In this document: one piece after another, positions 27,865 to 39,845 of the stretch | How positions within the stretch are numbered: position 1 is the first letter of the stretch | How the letters are laid out: each line of letters starts with the position of its first letter | Source of the DNA: Eledone cirrhosa | Lineage: Eukaryota | DNA: 64,000 nt | Direction: 5' to 3' | Assembly (NCBI GenBank): GCA_964016885.1 | Contig: OZ024740.1 | Span: 335,482,001 to 335,546,000 of the forward strand | Program-made: the position numbers and the translations under genes | The notes under the pieces: model-generated | The model's database searches: none | Told to the model about the DNA's origin: nothing | What the model saw: the letters and a program-made list of their open reading frames with translations, nothing else

Positions 27865-28300
27865 AGGTTCACACTTTGGATAAAAGATAGAAAAAAGGTT
27901 CAACGTATCGGGAGCTAGTCCTTCATCAGGAGAGTACAAGTAAATAGATTGGAAAATAATACGAAATAGAAAGGGAGCGGGGCATGAGTGTGTGTATTTA
28001 TCTGTGCGTTTCTACGTGTTAGTTCATTTGTGTTTCAGTTTTTTTGCTGTGTTTGTAAGGTATCTAAGTGTGTGTGAATATTTCGAGTGGACGCGTGCGT
28101 AAATGACAGAGGTTACTGGTTGTTGTGGAAAGAGCAAATTAGAAGAGGTGTGGTGTATTAAGCCCATAGGGGTTAGATATATTTACAGATATATAAGCCT
28201 CTCTTCCCTCGCCCGACATTGTATCCTAATGGATAGTACCGACAATATACAGAAGATATACACCAAGATACACGAGCTAAGGACGAAAGAACCACCAACC
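27865..28300 (-). mobile_element. Old Neptune-like PLE 3' remnant with a degenerate HHR (~27902-27933)
   Basis: RAREERLIY..PYGLN endonuclease C-terminus, then CTGATGA aggactagctccc GATA cgt. A related degenerate HHR lies at ~28715-28752. Confidence 0.55.
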
Positions 28301-28874
28301 TTTATACTCAGGTTTATATATACACATATATATATGTGTGTTTGTGCGTGCACGTGTGGGTTTGCGCATGTGTGTGTGTGCCTACGTGTGGGTGTGGATG
28401 TGTAAGTCAATTGATTTTCACTCTCTTGTAGAGGCTGAATATATTCTTATAAGACAAGCTTACTGAATGGGAAGATTTGTCTTAATTTACTAATTATCCA
28501 TTTTAATTATGGTAATTGGTATTGTCTCTTTCTCATCGGCAACCGCAGTTTAAGCAATTATATTTTAAAACATTCCTCTGCTATTCTACCTTTTAGCTAT
28601 TTATCTATGTGCACACAAAAAACACACGTGCGCTCACATATATATATATCAAAGCAAGCGACACATTAGAATGAAGAACTGTATTAATTTAACGCTTGAA
28701 ATAATAGGAAAAGTGCCTTATCATTATGAACACTAGTCCTTCATCAGAAGATAGATTGAGAAATACAAGATGAAATAAAATGATAAAGAATGAGAAGAAG
28801 AAGGAAGGGAGGAAAAAGATGGAACGAAAAAAATTCATATACATACATATTCATACATATACACATGCACACTA

Positions 28875-28928
<54 letters not shown>

Positions 28929-28936
28929 TATATATA

Positions 28937-29117
28937 TAACGAAGGAATTGTGGAAAGGAACCAGATGGACCATAACGCACCAAAGTACTCAATACTTAGG
29001 GTAGTAGAGTGGGTAATAGGAACAAGTATGACCCCGACGGCAGAGCGCAAGCCGTTTAGACGGCTATTTCTGGACGCAGAAATAGCCGTCGAAACGGCTT
29101 GAGCTCTGCCGTCGGGG

Positions 29118-29120
<3 letters not shown>
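28937..29120. mobile_element. ~190-bp TA-flanked element ending in a ~95-bp near-perfect palindrome
   Basis: tatgaccccgacggcagag..ctggacgcag..ctctgccgtcggggtcata. A second copy lies at 43405-43590. Confidence 0.85.
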
Positions 29121-29153
<33 letters not shown>

Positions 29154-29193
29154 TTCAAATATTAATAAAATAGATGTTCTTGTGATCAATTAA

Positions 29194-29259
29194 ATTTTAT
29201 TATACATATTTCAGAGGTACTTGAATGAAGTGTAATAGTACGTCCTCATCAGATAAAAT
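29194..29259 (-). ncRNA. Type I hammerhead ribozyme
   Basis: attttat CTGATGA ggacgtact..agtacctct GAAA tatgt ATA ataaaat. Confidence 0.8.
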
Positions 29260-30640
29260 AAAATGATACATGACATACCCTGACATGTTAAATGGTTAAG
29301 ATTTAATCAAGGTAGTGATTAACTTGTGAGAAAACTCAATATTTATACCATACAAATGAGAACATGCGAAAGCGTAATAGAATCAATAGAGAGGGTGTGA
29401 TTAAGAAAAAGATTGCTTTAATGTAACAGTTATAGAGTTATTAAAGTTTGAAATACTACTGTAGAACTATAGAGGAAGACTATAGATATCTGGACTTATA
29501 ATTGTTTTAGTTTTTAGTTTGAGAATGCAACTGACAGATAATTGAAGAGAGAGACATAAAGGGGAGTAATTTATGCACAAATATTCTTTAGACGCATATA
29601 AACTTCTATAGCCTTGGCGGTTAAATTTCAAAATATTTAATTCATGTCATTTTAGGGTAACGAATCAAAATTTTACGTTTTAAAAGTTGATGGTAATTTG
29701 TGTTATAAATTTTATAAATTTTATAAATGTATTAAATTTCTAAAATTCAAAGTTTTATGAAATTAAATTTAAAGGATTTACTAGGCCCGCGAAAGAGAAA
29801 TATATACTGTTCAATATTCACGCAAAGGTAATCTTTAACAATATTACTTGAAACAGTGTCAACATTTTCCATATGTATAGTTTATGAAGTATTTACAGTT
29901 ACAATTATCAAGGAATTTATTGTTAAATAGTTATAGTGTCTAAAGTATAACAATTAAACCAGAGTTTTCAGCTGTAAATATATATATGTGTGCATTGATC
30001 TTAATAAGAGGACTATACATTATTATTTTTATTTTTATTATCTATTCATATATTATATTAGATCATTACATTAGTTCAGCCTTCTAGGGAAGAACCGAAC
30101 TCTAATTATGATTATGTCAATATACAATATAAATATATATATATTTGGACAAGCTATATATAGAGTTATATCGAACTAAAATTATGATTGTGTTATTATA
30201 CATTATAAAGATATTTGCACAAAACTATATACATCATAGATATACCGAACTATAATTATGATTATGTTATTATACAATATAAACATATTTGCACCAACTA
30301 GATTTAGAGAGATATACTAAGTATTAATGAGACAGTATACATTTATTAAAGGATAACGATTACAATCCTAGATAATAAATTCAACATGCATAACTATAAA
30401 CTACATAGATATATATAAAAATGTAAACGGACGAATGATCTACAGTTCAAAATAAGGTTCGTAAAAATTTACATGTTAGATATCAAAACTATATTTAAAA
30501 CAGAGATAGAAAAATAAAGGTCTAGATCAAAGTTAATAATATCCAAAAAACCATAGGTTATGTATATCAACCTGCGAACATGTTCTTAAACATGTGTCAT
30601 TCATTCAAACGTTGTTTCCATTATAAATGATTTATTTTTT

Positions 30641-30706
30641 ATTTTATCTGATGAGGACGTACTATTGAACTTGATTCAAGTACCTCTGAAATATGTATAA
30701 TAAAAT
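30641..30706 (+). ncRNA. Type I hammerhead ribozyme
   Basis: attttat CTGATGA ggacgtactattgaacttgattcaagtacctct GAAA tatgt ATA ataaaat. Confidence 0.8.
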
Positions 30707-30845
30707 TTAATTGATCACAAGAACATCTATTTTATTAATATTTGAATTTAATATTAATAACTCTGGAAAATACCCCCTCTGTAAAGTGCTTTCAATCTAC
30801 TGTAAAACTCATTCTTTGATGTACTCATTGAATCTTGTTTAACTC

Positions 30846-31398
<553 letters not shown>

Positions 31399-31475
31399 TT
31401 TATAGTGAGGTTGCTTGGATGCGTCCATGAGCGGTAGCCAGTAGAGCACTCTATGCTCCTTCGGAGCAGATTAAG

Positions 31476-32119
31476 ATAATATGGAAAACGAAGAATCAGT
31501 GATGCATCGGAACACAATTTATTACGTATTACAATTGTTTCTCCGGCGAACAGCTCGGAGTGCGGTCTGTTTGTGGATCGAACCTGACTCTGGATTCGCA
31601 AGTTCCTCAAATACGTCTAGTGATTTCGAAGCAAATCCTCTTTCTGTTGGACTCCGACCCTTTTAATTTCTGTCATCTGCCATCATCCTGTTTGCGCGGC
31701 CCCACGATTGGTTTCGAGACGTCATCTGTATGTTTGACCATTCAAATCTTCCCACTGACCATTTCCATTCAGGCCGTGAGCTTTCACTCACCTTAAATCT
31801 GTCGCCAGAATTACTGCTTTGTGTGCGAGGTGTTATGAATTGCCTTGCCATTCCCTTGCTTACCCGTCGCCCGACACATATACACTCACACACACGTGTT
31901 CTCACACATATACAGACATTCCGAGCTCCTGATCGCATACTTATCTGTCTCGAAGGGTCGGAGTTCAACAGAAAGAGGATTTGCTTCGAAATCACTAGAC
32001 GTATCTGAGGAACTTGCGAATCCAGAGTCAGGTTCGATCCACAAACAGATCGCTCCTCAAGCTTTTCGCCGGAGAAACAATTGTAATACGTAATAAATTG
32101 TGTTCTGATGCAGCACTGA
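31476..32119. mobile_element. Non-coding element with ~185-bp inverted arms, each carrying an extended HHR
   Basis: Inverted repeat ~31476-31662 / 31953-32119 adjoining (TA)n. A diverged relative lies at ~45680-45900. Confidence 0.85.
31999..32091 (+). ncRNA. Type I hammerhead with a ~60-nt helix-II domain (left-arm copy at 31524-31616 minus has C3U)
   Basis: acgtat CTGAGGA acttgcgaa...ttcgccgga GAAAC aatt GTA atacgt. Perfect 6-bp helix I. Confidence 0.75.
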
Positions 32120-32132
32120 TTCTTCGTTTTCC

Positions 32133-32174
<42 letters not shown>

Positions 32175-32222
32175 AGACGAAAAATAAGAAAATTATAAAA
32201 TTAACTTACTTACTAAAATATC

Positions 32223-32304
32223 ACTTCCAACTAATTAGTTTCTGGAATGGAGTAAATATATTTTCCGAAGAAGATATGGAAAAGCATTCCGTCGTCAGGA
32301 AAGT
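32223..32304 (-). ncRNA. Type I hammerhead, monomer 1
   Basis: actttc CTGACGA cggaatg...cattcca GAAAC taatta GTT ggaagt. Confidence 0.8.
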
Positions 32305-32747
32305 CTATTCTCATGTAAGTTTCCAGGCAAAGCGAGGACTCTGGAAACTTATTAAAAAATAATTATTCAGTGGATAGGAAATAGCAAAGCGTGGACTGAA
32401 TTCCTAGCCATTGATAAAATCACTGCCTCTGCGTCTGTGGCAAATTCAAAAAGAATTGAACACGTGACATCGAGGTCAATCAGTGGAAAGTGGTTTGTTA
32501 ATAAGACAGCGGCCTGCCTACAACCGTAGCAGCAGTCATGGCCAATATTGCTCGACAAATAATTTGGAGATAATAATAAAGAATTCATATCTAGTAACAT
32601 ATATATACATACAGATGTATATCAATGCTAGCAAATATATAGGTTTTGTCTTAATAACATTGCGGTTCAATGCATGGGGTTGCAGAACAAAAATATAAGA
32701 GACGTAAGATAAGAAAATTATAAAATTAACTTACTTACTAAAATATC

Positions 32748-32829
32748 ACTTCCAACTAATTAGTTTCTGGAATGGAGTAAATATATTTTCCGAAGAAGAT
32801 ATGGAAAAGCATTCCGTCGTCAGGAAAGT
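32748..32829 (-). ncRNA. Type I hammerhead, monomer 2
   Basis: Identical motif exactly 525 bp from the first. Confidence 0.8.
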
Positions 32830-33265
32830 CTATTCTCATGTAAGTTTCCAGGCAAAGTGAGGACTCTGGAAACTTATTAAAAAATAATTATTCAGTGGAT
32901 AGGAAATAGCAAAGCGTGGACTGAATTCCTAGCCATTGATAAAATCACTGCCTCTGCGTCTGTGGCAAATTCAAAAAGAATCGAACACGTGACATTGAGG
33001 TCAATCAGTTGAAAGTGGTTTGTTAATAAGACAGCGGCCTGCCTACAACCGTAGCAGCAGTCATGGCCAATATTGCTCGACAAATAATTTGGAGATAATA
33101 ATAAAGAATTCATATCTAGTAACATATATATACATACGCAGAGGCAGTGATTTTATCAATGGCTAGGAATTCAGTCCAAGCTTTGCTATTTCCTATCCAC
33201 TGAATAATTATTTTTTAATAAGTTTCCAGAGTCCTCGCTTTGCCTGGAAACTTACATGAGAATAG

Positions 33266-33347
33266 ACTTTCCTGACGACGGAATGCTTTTCCATATCTTC
33301 TTCGGAAAATATATTTACTCCATTCCAGAAACTAATTAGTTGGAAGT
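33266..33347 (+). ncRNA. Type I hammerhead, inverted arm
   Basis: actttc CTGACGA c ggaatg ... cattcc a GAAAC taatta GTT ggaagt. Palindromic AACTAATTAGTT helix III. Confidence 0.8.
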
Positions 33348-33565
33348 GATATTTTAGTAAGTAAGTTAATTTTATAATTTTCTTATTTTACGTCTCTTAT
33401 ATTATTGTTCTGCAACCCCATGCATTGAACCACAATGTTATTAAGACAAAACCTATATATTTGCTAGCATTGATATGCATCTGTATGTATATATATGTTA
33501 CTAGATATGAATTCTTTATTATATATATATATATAGTTATGTAATAAACAACATAAGGCAATTAT

Positions 33566-33623
33566 TCCATTTACCAGTGGTTTCTTAAAAGCAAAAAATG
33601 TTGCTTTCAATCATCAGAATGAA
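33566..33623 (-). ncRNA. Type I hammerhead ribozyme
   Basis: ttcatt CTGATGA ttgaaagcaa..ttgcttttaa GAAAC cactg GTA aatgga. 6-bp helix I, 10-bp helix II and 3-bp helix III. Confidence 0.85.
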
Positions 33624-33782
33624 AAAATCTTGGTCTATTTATTGAATTGGATTCTTAAAAAACAAAAATGCAGTCTATATGAAAGTGAGGCTGGAGAATG
33701 AAGAAGGAAAGGAAAAATAAAATAAAAACACACATGCAAACATACACACACACACACACACGATTATATACATCCACATATT

Positions 33783-33814
<32 letters not shown>

Positions 33815-33994
33815 CATACACACACACATACACACACACATATACACATATATATGTGTATATATATATATACATACACATACATACATACACACATACA
33901 TACATACACACATAAATATCAAATATCAACATATCCATACATACACATACATATATACAACCACACACATATATATACACATATATATATAGAA

Positions 33995-34033
<39 letters not shown>

Positions 34034-34341
34034 TACACATTCACATACATAGCCATAAACACATACATATACGTACATACATACATGCATACATATGTAT
34101 GCATGTACATATGTGTGTATGTATGTGTTTGTATGTACGTGTGTATATACGTATGATTGTGTGTATGTATGTATGTACGTATATGTATGTGTGTATGGCT
34201 ATGTATGTGAATGTGTATGTATTTATGTGTGTATGTATGTATGTGTGTATGTATGTGTATGTATATATATATACACATATATATGTGTATATGTGTGTGT
34301 ATATGTGTGTGTATATGTGTGTGTATATGTGTGTGTGTATG

Positions 34342-34375
<34 letters not shown>

Positions 34376-34392
34376 AGTGGATGTATATAATC

Positions 34393-34424
<32 letters not shown>

Positions 34425-34540
34425 TTGCATGTGTGTTTTTATTTTATTTTTCCTTTCCTTCTTCATTCTCCAGCCTCACTTTCATATAGACTGCATTTTT
34501 GTTTTTTAAGAATCCAATTCAATAAATAGACCAGTATTTT

Positions 34541-34598
34541 TTCATTCTGATGATTGAAAGCAAAATTTTTTGCCTTTAAGAAAGCACTGGTAAATGGA
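34541..34598 (+). ncRNA. Type I hammerhead ribozyme (helix III mismatch)
   Basis: ttcatt CTGATGA ttgaaagcaaaa..ttttgcctttaa GAAAG cactg GTA aatgga. Confidence 0.7.
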
Positions 34599-34710
34599 AT
34601 AATTGCCTTATGTTGTTTATTACATACCTATTAAGCTCTGTTACCTACATAGAGCACTCTTTCTTCCTGGACTTTCCGACGGAATTACTTCATTTACACA
34701 TATATTCACA

Positions 34711-34779
<69 letters not shown>

Positions 34780-34945
34780 TGTAATATTATTCTATTTGGG
34801 GAGGTTCATATTGTTAGAATAGTGCCGGTAATATATAATAAAACACACGCACTGTTTGGGATGGGATGCTTTTCGGTTACACATATTTTGTATACCTATA
34901 ATTAAAATAGTTGCAATCAATGTTTAACATTGATTGGTCAATAGT

Positions 34946-35048
<103 letters not shown>

Positions 35049-35965
35049 CACACACGGGTGTGTATGATTGGGTATAGAAGATTATATTATTAAAAGGAAT
35101 TCCAACTTTGTCTGATTTACTCGTTTTATTTATAATCCTTTAAACTTATAATAATATTATAATGAAATAGTATGGTAGAATATTAAATGTTAAGTGTTAA
35201 TTGAACAAGTACTTTCCTAATTGAACTAGTACTTTCAATAAAACGAGTGAATCAGACAAAGTTGGAATTCCTTTTATTAATATATATATATATATAGTCT
35301 CTGAGAGTTCTTTCGTCACATACCTGTGACAACATCAGTTTGGAAGCCTCGACAATGCAAATGGGTAAATCTCCGGGTAACAAGATCCGGTGGTGGAGAG
35401 AGAGATGTAAGTGGGTGTACGTTGAGATGCGTGGTGTGTATAAGATGTGTAAATGTGTAGAAGAAAGAAGGGAAGAGTATAAAGGATAAAATTAAAATAA
35501 CAACACAAGAGAGAGTTACCTTGGGAGAGATTTAATAGTCCCTATATATTTCGGATTCACATCCATCAACTGGGGTTTTTTTCCGGGGTAAAGGTTGTCT
35601 GTCGGACAGGTGCGAAACGCGTCCTCCGCTGTTTGTTGTTTTGAATATCTGAGGTATTCGGCAGAGCGCGCGTGCGCGTGAAATGGGGTCGGTCGTGCAA
35701 AGGTCAGCTGCCGAATGAGGGAGTGGGGTGGCGCTACTGTCAGTCCATTCTCTGCCTGTTTGTTAAATGTTACTGTGTGTGTGTGTGTGTGCGTGTGTTG
35801 TTGTCTCGCTTGAGTGTGTGTGTGTGTGCGTGTCTTGTTGCCTTGTTCCTCTGTATTGGCAGTGTAGTATGTTCGTATGGTGGAATGCTACTGTGTGTGT
35901 GCGCGTGTGTGTAGTTGTTTCGTTTGTGTGTGCGTGTGTTGTATGTTGCTACATCGTTTGTTAAC

Positions 35966-36785
35966 TTAAACCAGCCATCTCATTTCGCTTCTCTCTAATC
36001 GGTTATTTATTTGCGGTTGCAGGCGTTTGATAAAAAGCGCTTCCTTGATACGTAACGTGCCGACGTTTCTTTCAGTCGCTAGAATTGTGACAATTGGCCT
36101 TCCGTCTTTGTTTCCGCATTTGTCTATGTGTTTCCGGAAAGACGAGGCCCTGGTTTTAGTGTGTTCCTTGATCCGGATGTGCAAAGGTCGGATTGTGCTA
36201 CCTATGTAGTATTGGTTGCACCTGTCACATTCTATCTTATACACGACGTATGTGTGTAGGCAACAGTTCGCATGGCGTATCGGGCAGTCTCTGAGGGATC
36301 ATGCGTCAGTAGATTTCCCGGGTTTCTTGGAGAGGCATCTTCGCAGGGAGGGGCCCGAGTGGGCCAGGTGGATGTCGAGGCCCTCCCTCCGTATAGCCTT
36401 GCGGATAGCGTTGGTGGTATTCTCGCCCAGGTGTGGCATTTTAAGGAAGCACTTGCCTTGGGTGCCTCTCTGTCTCTTGTGTCTGGTGTCTCCTATTCTG
36501 TCTGTGATCGAGGTAGGGTACCCGTTCGTCTCCAGCACCTCGAGGAATCGCTTGGTATGAGTGACACCACTCGCGGGATCGCTGCATCTGTTTTTGATTC
36601 GCGCGATCTCGTTCGTGGTGTATCCTCTTTTAGCACTGTTAGAGAGGGCGGACTTGTAGTCAACGAACAGGTCCCTGCAGGCTGCCTTTCGGTAGAAGTT
36701 GCAGTGGATCCTTCCCTGTTCCGCGATGTTGATTCGGAAGTCGAGGAGGGCAATTGACCCGTCTTCGTTGGGGTGTTCAACACTG
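35966..36785 (-). pseudogene. Inverted duplicate of the PLE-D thumb and GIY-YIG region
   Basis: ORFs 36299-36538 and 35966-36244 match the plus-strand copy and lack its frameshift. Confidence 0.92.
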
Positions 36786-38912
36786 TGGGAAACAACAACT
36801 TAACAACCGCCACCGCCGCATCCACCAATACCTCAACGATGCGACGCACCTGGTCACCGACCTAAGCGGCACTCTAACGAGCGACGAGCTAAAACTCCTA
36901 CACCTCGGACCCATGTTCATCGTCTCACAACGTCTCGACGACAGACTCAAACTCAACATCGAGGCCAACTTTTGTCGAACCGCTTACCAACTTAAATGGG
37001 TGACTGCCATCAACAGCGCCACAGAAAATAACAGCGCCCACGCAACCCACCCCAAGTTTCCCACTTACCACCCCGACAACCCACTCCACCCCCCACCCAC
37101 CAACCACGAACTCGACACTAAACTCATCAGGCTAAAACACTCCATCTCGGATATACTTCACAAACACACACACACACGCACAACACATAACCTCACCAAA
37201 TCTCAACTCACCACTCTCTCCAACCTAAAATCGAAGAACCTCATCTATCTCCCCTCCGACAAGGGAAAAGAATTCTGCGTCATCAGCAGAGAGGCCTACA
37301 ACACCCTGGCCCTCCAACACCTTGACGATGACAACCTCTACTCCAAGGTCACGGGAATCACTCCCGCGCAGATAGAAGAGCACATCAACGCCGCCTGGAC
37401 CAACATCTGCGACCGGCGGAAGCTCCCGAAGAAGCTGAGATACAACCTCCTCACGAGGAACAGCAGACTACTCGCCTCCTACCACCTCGTGAAAACACAC
37501 AAACAGGGACCCGACCTGAAGATCAGGCCCATCGTATCGAGCGTGGATGGACCACTCTACAAAATTTCATGGCTCCTAGCCAGAATACTCAAACCCATCT
37601 TAGACACCTTGCCGGGACACGTTAACAGCTCCGAGGAGGTGTTGAAGCACCTGCATCAAATGGATCCCGACACCTGAAGGAATAACAGATATGCCTTCAG
37701 CCTTGATGTAGTCGCTCTCTACACCTCGGTCCCGGCACTCCCGGCCGTCAATATACTGATGGAACGCGTCCAATCCACCGACCTACAATGCTTCGGGCTC
37801 ACCACCACTGACATCCACCAACTCCTATCCATCGTCGTCGACAACACCTACTTCGGATTCCTTGACCAAACATACCAACAAACCTCGGGATTGCCCATGG
37901 GATCAAGCCTATCAGGTGTGCTAGCGATCGCTTACATGGATAACCTCGAACGCAAGGCACTCAACGCCTGCCACCCCAACGCCGTAGCCTTTTTCTCAAG
38001 GTACGTGGACGATATCCTCATCCTCACATCTTCCCAAGACACGGCGAACAGAATCTATGAGACGTTCAACAACACGGACGAGAACATTGATTTCAGTGTT
38101 GAACACCCCAACGAAGACGGGTCACTTGCCCTCCTCGACTTCCGAATCAACATCACGGAACAGGGAAGGATCCACTGCAACTTCTACCGAAAGGCAGCTT
38201 GCAGGGACCTGTTCGTTGACTACAACTCCGCCCTCCCTAACAGTGCCAAAAGAGGATACATCACGAACGAGATCGCGCGAATCAAAAACAGATGCAGCGA
38301 TCCCGCGAGTGGTGTCACTCATACCAAGCGATTCCTCGAGGTGCTGGAGACGAACGGGTACCCTACCTCGATCACAGACAGAATAGGAGACACCAGACAC
38401 AAGAGACAGAGAGGCACCCAAGGCAAGTGTTTCCTTAAAATGCCACACCTGGGCGAGAATACCACCAACCTATCCGCAAGGCTATACGGAGGGAGGGTCT
38501 CGACATCCACCTGGCCCACTCGGGCCCCTCCCTGCGAAGATGCCTATCCAAGAAACCCGTGAAATCTACTGACGCATGATCCCTCAGAGACTGCCCGATA
38601 CGCCATGCGAACTGTTGCCTACACACATACGTCGTGTATAAGATAGAATGTGACAGGTGCAACCAATACTACATAGGTAGCACAATCCGACCTTTGCACA
38701 TCCGGATCAAGGAACACACTAAAACCAGGGCCTCGTCTTTCCGGAAACACATAGACAAATGCGGAATCAAAGACGGAAGGCCCATTGTCACAATTCTAGC
38801 GACTGAAAGAAACGTCGGCACGTTACGTATCAAGGAAGCGCTTTTTATCAAACGCCTGCAACCGCAAATATACAACCGATTAGAGAGAAGCGAAATGAGA
38901 TGGCTGGTTTAA
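36786..38912 (+). pseudogene. PLE-D RT plus GIY-YIG polyprotein, 5'-truncated, with two in-frame TGA and one frameshift (~38470); Nematis/Poseidon-like
   Basis: PSDKG, KTHK..IRPIVSS, SLDVVALYTSVP, GLPMGSSLSGVLA, RYVDD, LLDFRI, VYKIECDRCNQYYIGSTIRPLHIRIKEH, IKEALFI. Confidence 0.92.
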
Positions 38913-39555
38913 GTTAACAAACGATGTAGCAACACAGAACACACTCACACACAAACGAGACAACTACACACACACATACGCACACACACAGTAGCATTCC
39001 ACCATACGAACATACTACACTGCCAATACAGAGGAACAAGGCAACAACACACGCACACACACACACACTCAAGCGAGACAACAACACACGCACACACACA
39101 CACAGTAACATTTAACAAACAGGCAGAGAATGGACTGACAGCTAGCACCACCCCACTCCCTCATTCGGCAGCTGACCTCTGCCCGACCGACCCCATTTCA
39201 CGCGCACGCGCGCTCTGCCGAATACCTCAGATATTCAAAACAACAAACAGTGGAGGACGCGTTTCGCACCTGTCCGACAGACAACCTTTACCCCGGAAAA
39301 AAACCCCAGTTGATGGATGTGAATCCGAAATATATAGGGACTATTAAATCTCTCCCAATGTAACTCTCTCTTGTGTTGTTATTTTTATTATATCCTTTAT
39401 ACTCTTCCCTTCTTTCTTCTACACATTTACACATATTATACACACCACGCATCTCAACGTACACCCACTTACATCTCTCTCTCCACCACCGGATCTTGTT
39501 ACCCGGAGATTTACCCATTTCCATTGTCGAGGCTTCCAAACGACTTAAAGATATT

Positions 39556-39616
<61 letters not shown>

Positions 39617-39693
39617 ATATACATATGTATATTATGAATGATTTTTCGAAGAGGAATGGAAGAGTACCACGTTTAAATAATGGTTTCTTATAT

Positions 39694-39845
39694 AGGTACA
39701 AAGCCAACAATTTGGGGGCCGGATGAGGACAAAGTCGATTAAATTGACCCCAGTGCGTGACTGGTACTTTATTTTATCGACTCCGTAAGGATGAGAAGCA
39801 AAGTTAACCTCGGTGGGATTTGAACTCAGACCTTAAAGGACCGTA
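39694..39845 (-). mobile_element. SINE, related subfamily, 5'-truncated
   Basis: Contains the gagttcaaatccc B-box and the catccttacggagtcgataaaataaaagtaccagt core. Confidence 0.8.

Larger units (their letters stand above)
29148..30850. mobile_element. Non-coding HHR element with tail-out inverted arms, related to the PLE-B arms, between (TA)n tracts
   Basis: Inverted repeat ~29147-29265 / 30633-30753. Sequence downstream of the HHR resembles 20695-20800. An internal ~75-bp repeat x3 lies at ~30090-30310. Confidence 0.8.
32171..33523. mobile_element. Retrozyme-like locus: ~1.85 tandem 525-bp HHR monomers (minus) plus an inverted partial copy (plus), between (TA)n tracts
   Basis: Unit starts (taagagacg) at 32171 and 32696. 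The inverted copy ~33137-33523 crosses the unit junction. One HHR per unit. Confidence 0.85.
33540..34712. mobile_element. Non-coding HHR element with inverted arms meeting in a CA/TA-rich microsatellite core
   Basis: 33540-~33900 is the reverse complement of ~34230-34624. (TA)n lies on both outer sides. Confidence 0.85.
35297..39545 (+). mobile_element. Penelope-like element (PLE-D) with a ~1.45-kb inverted copy of its 3' half, flanked by (TA)n
   Basis: Arms 35338-36785 (minus) and 38094-39541 (plus). (TA)n at 35279-35296 and ~39558-39603. Confidence 0.95.
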
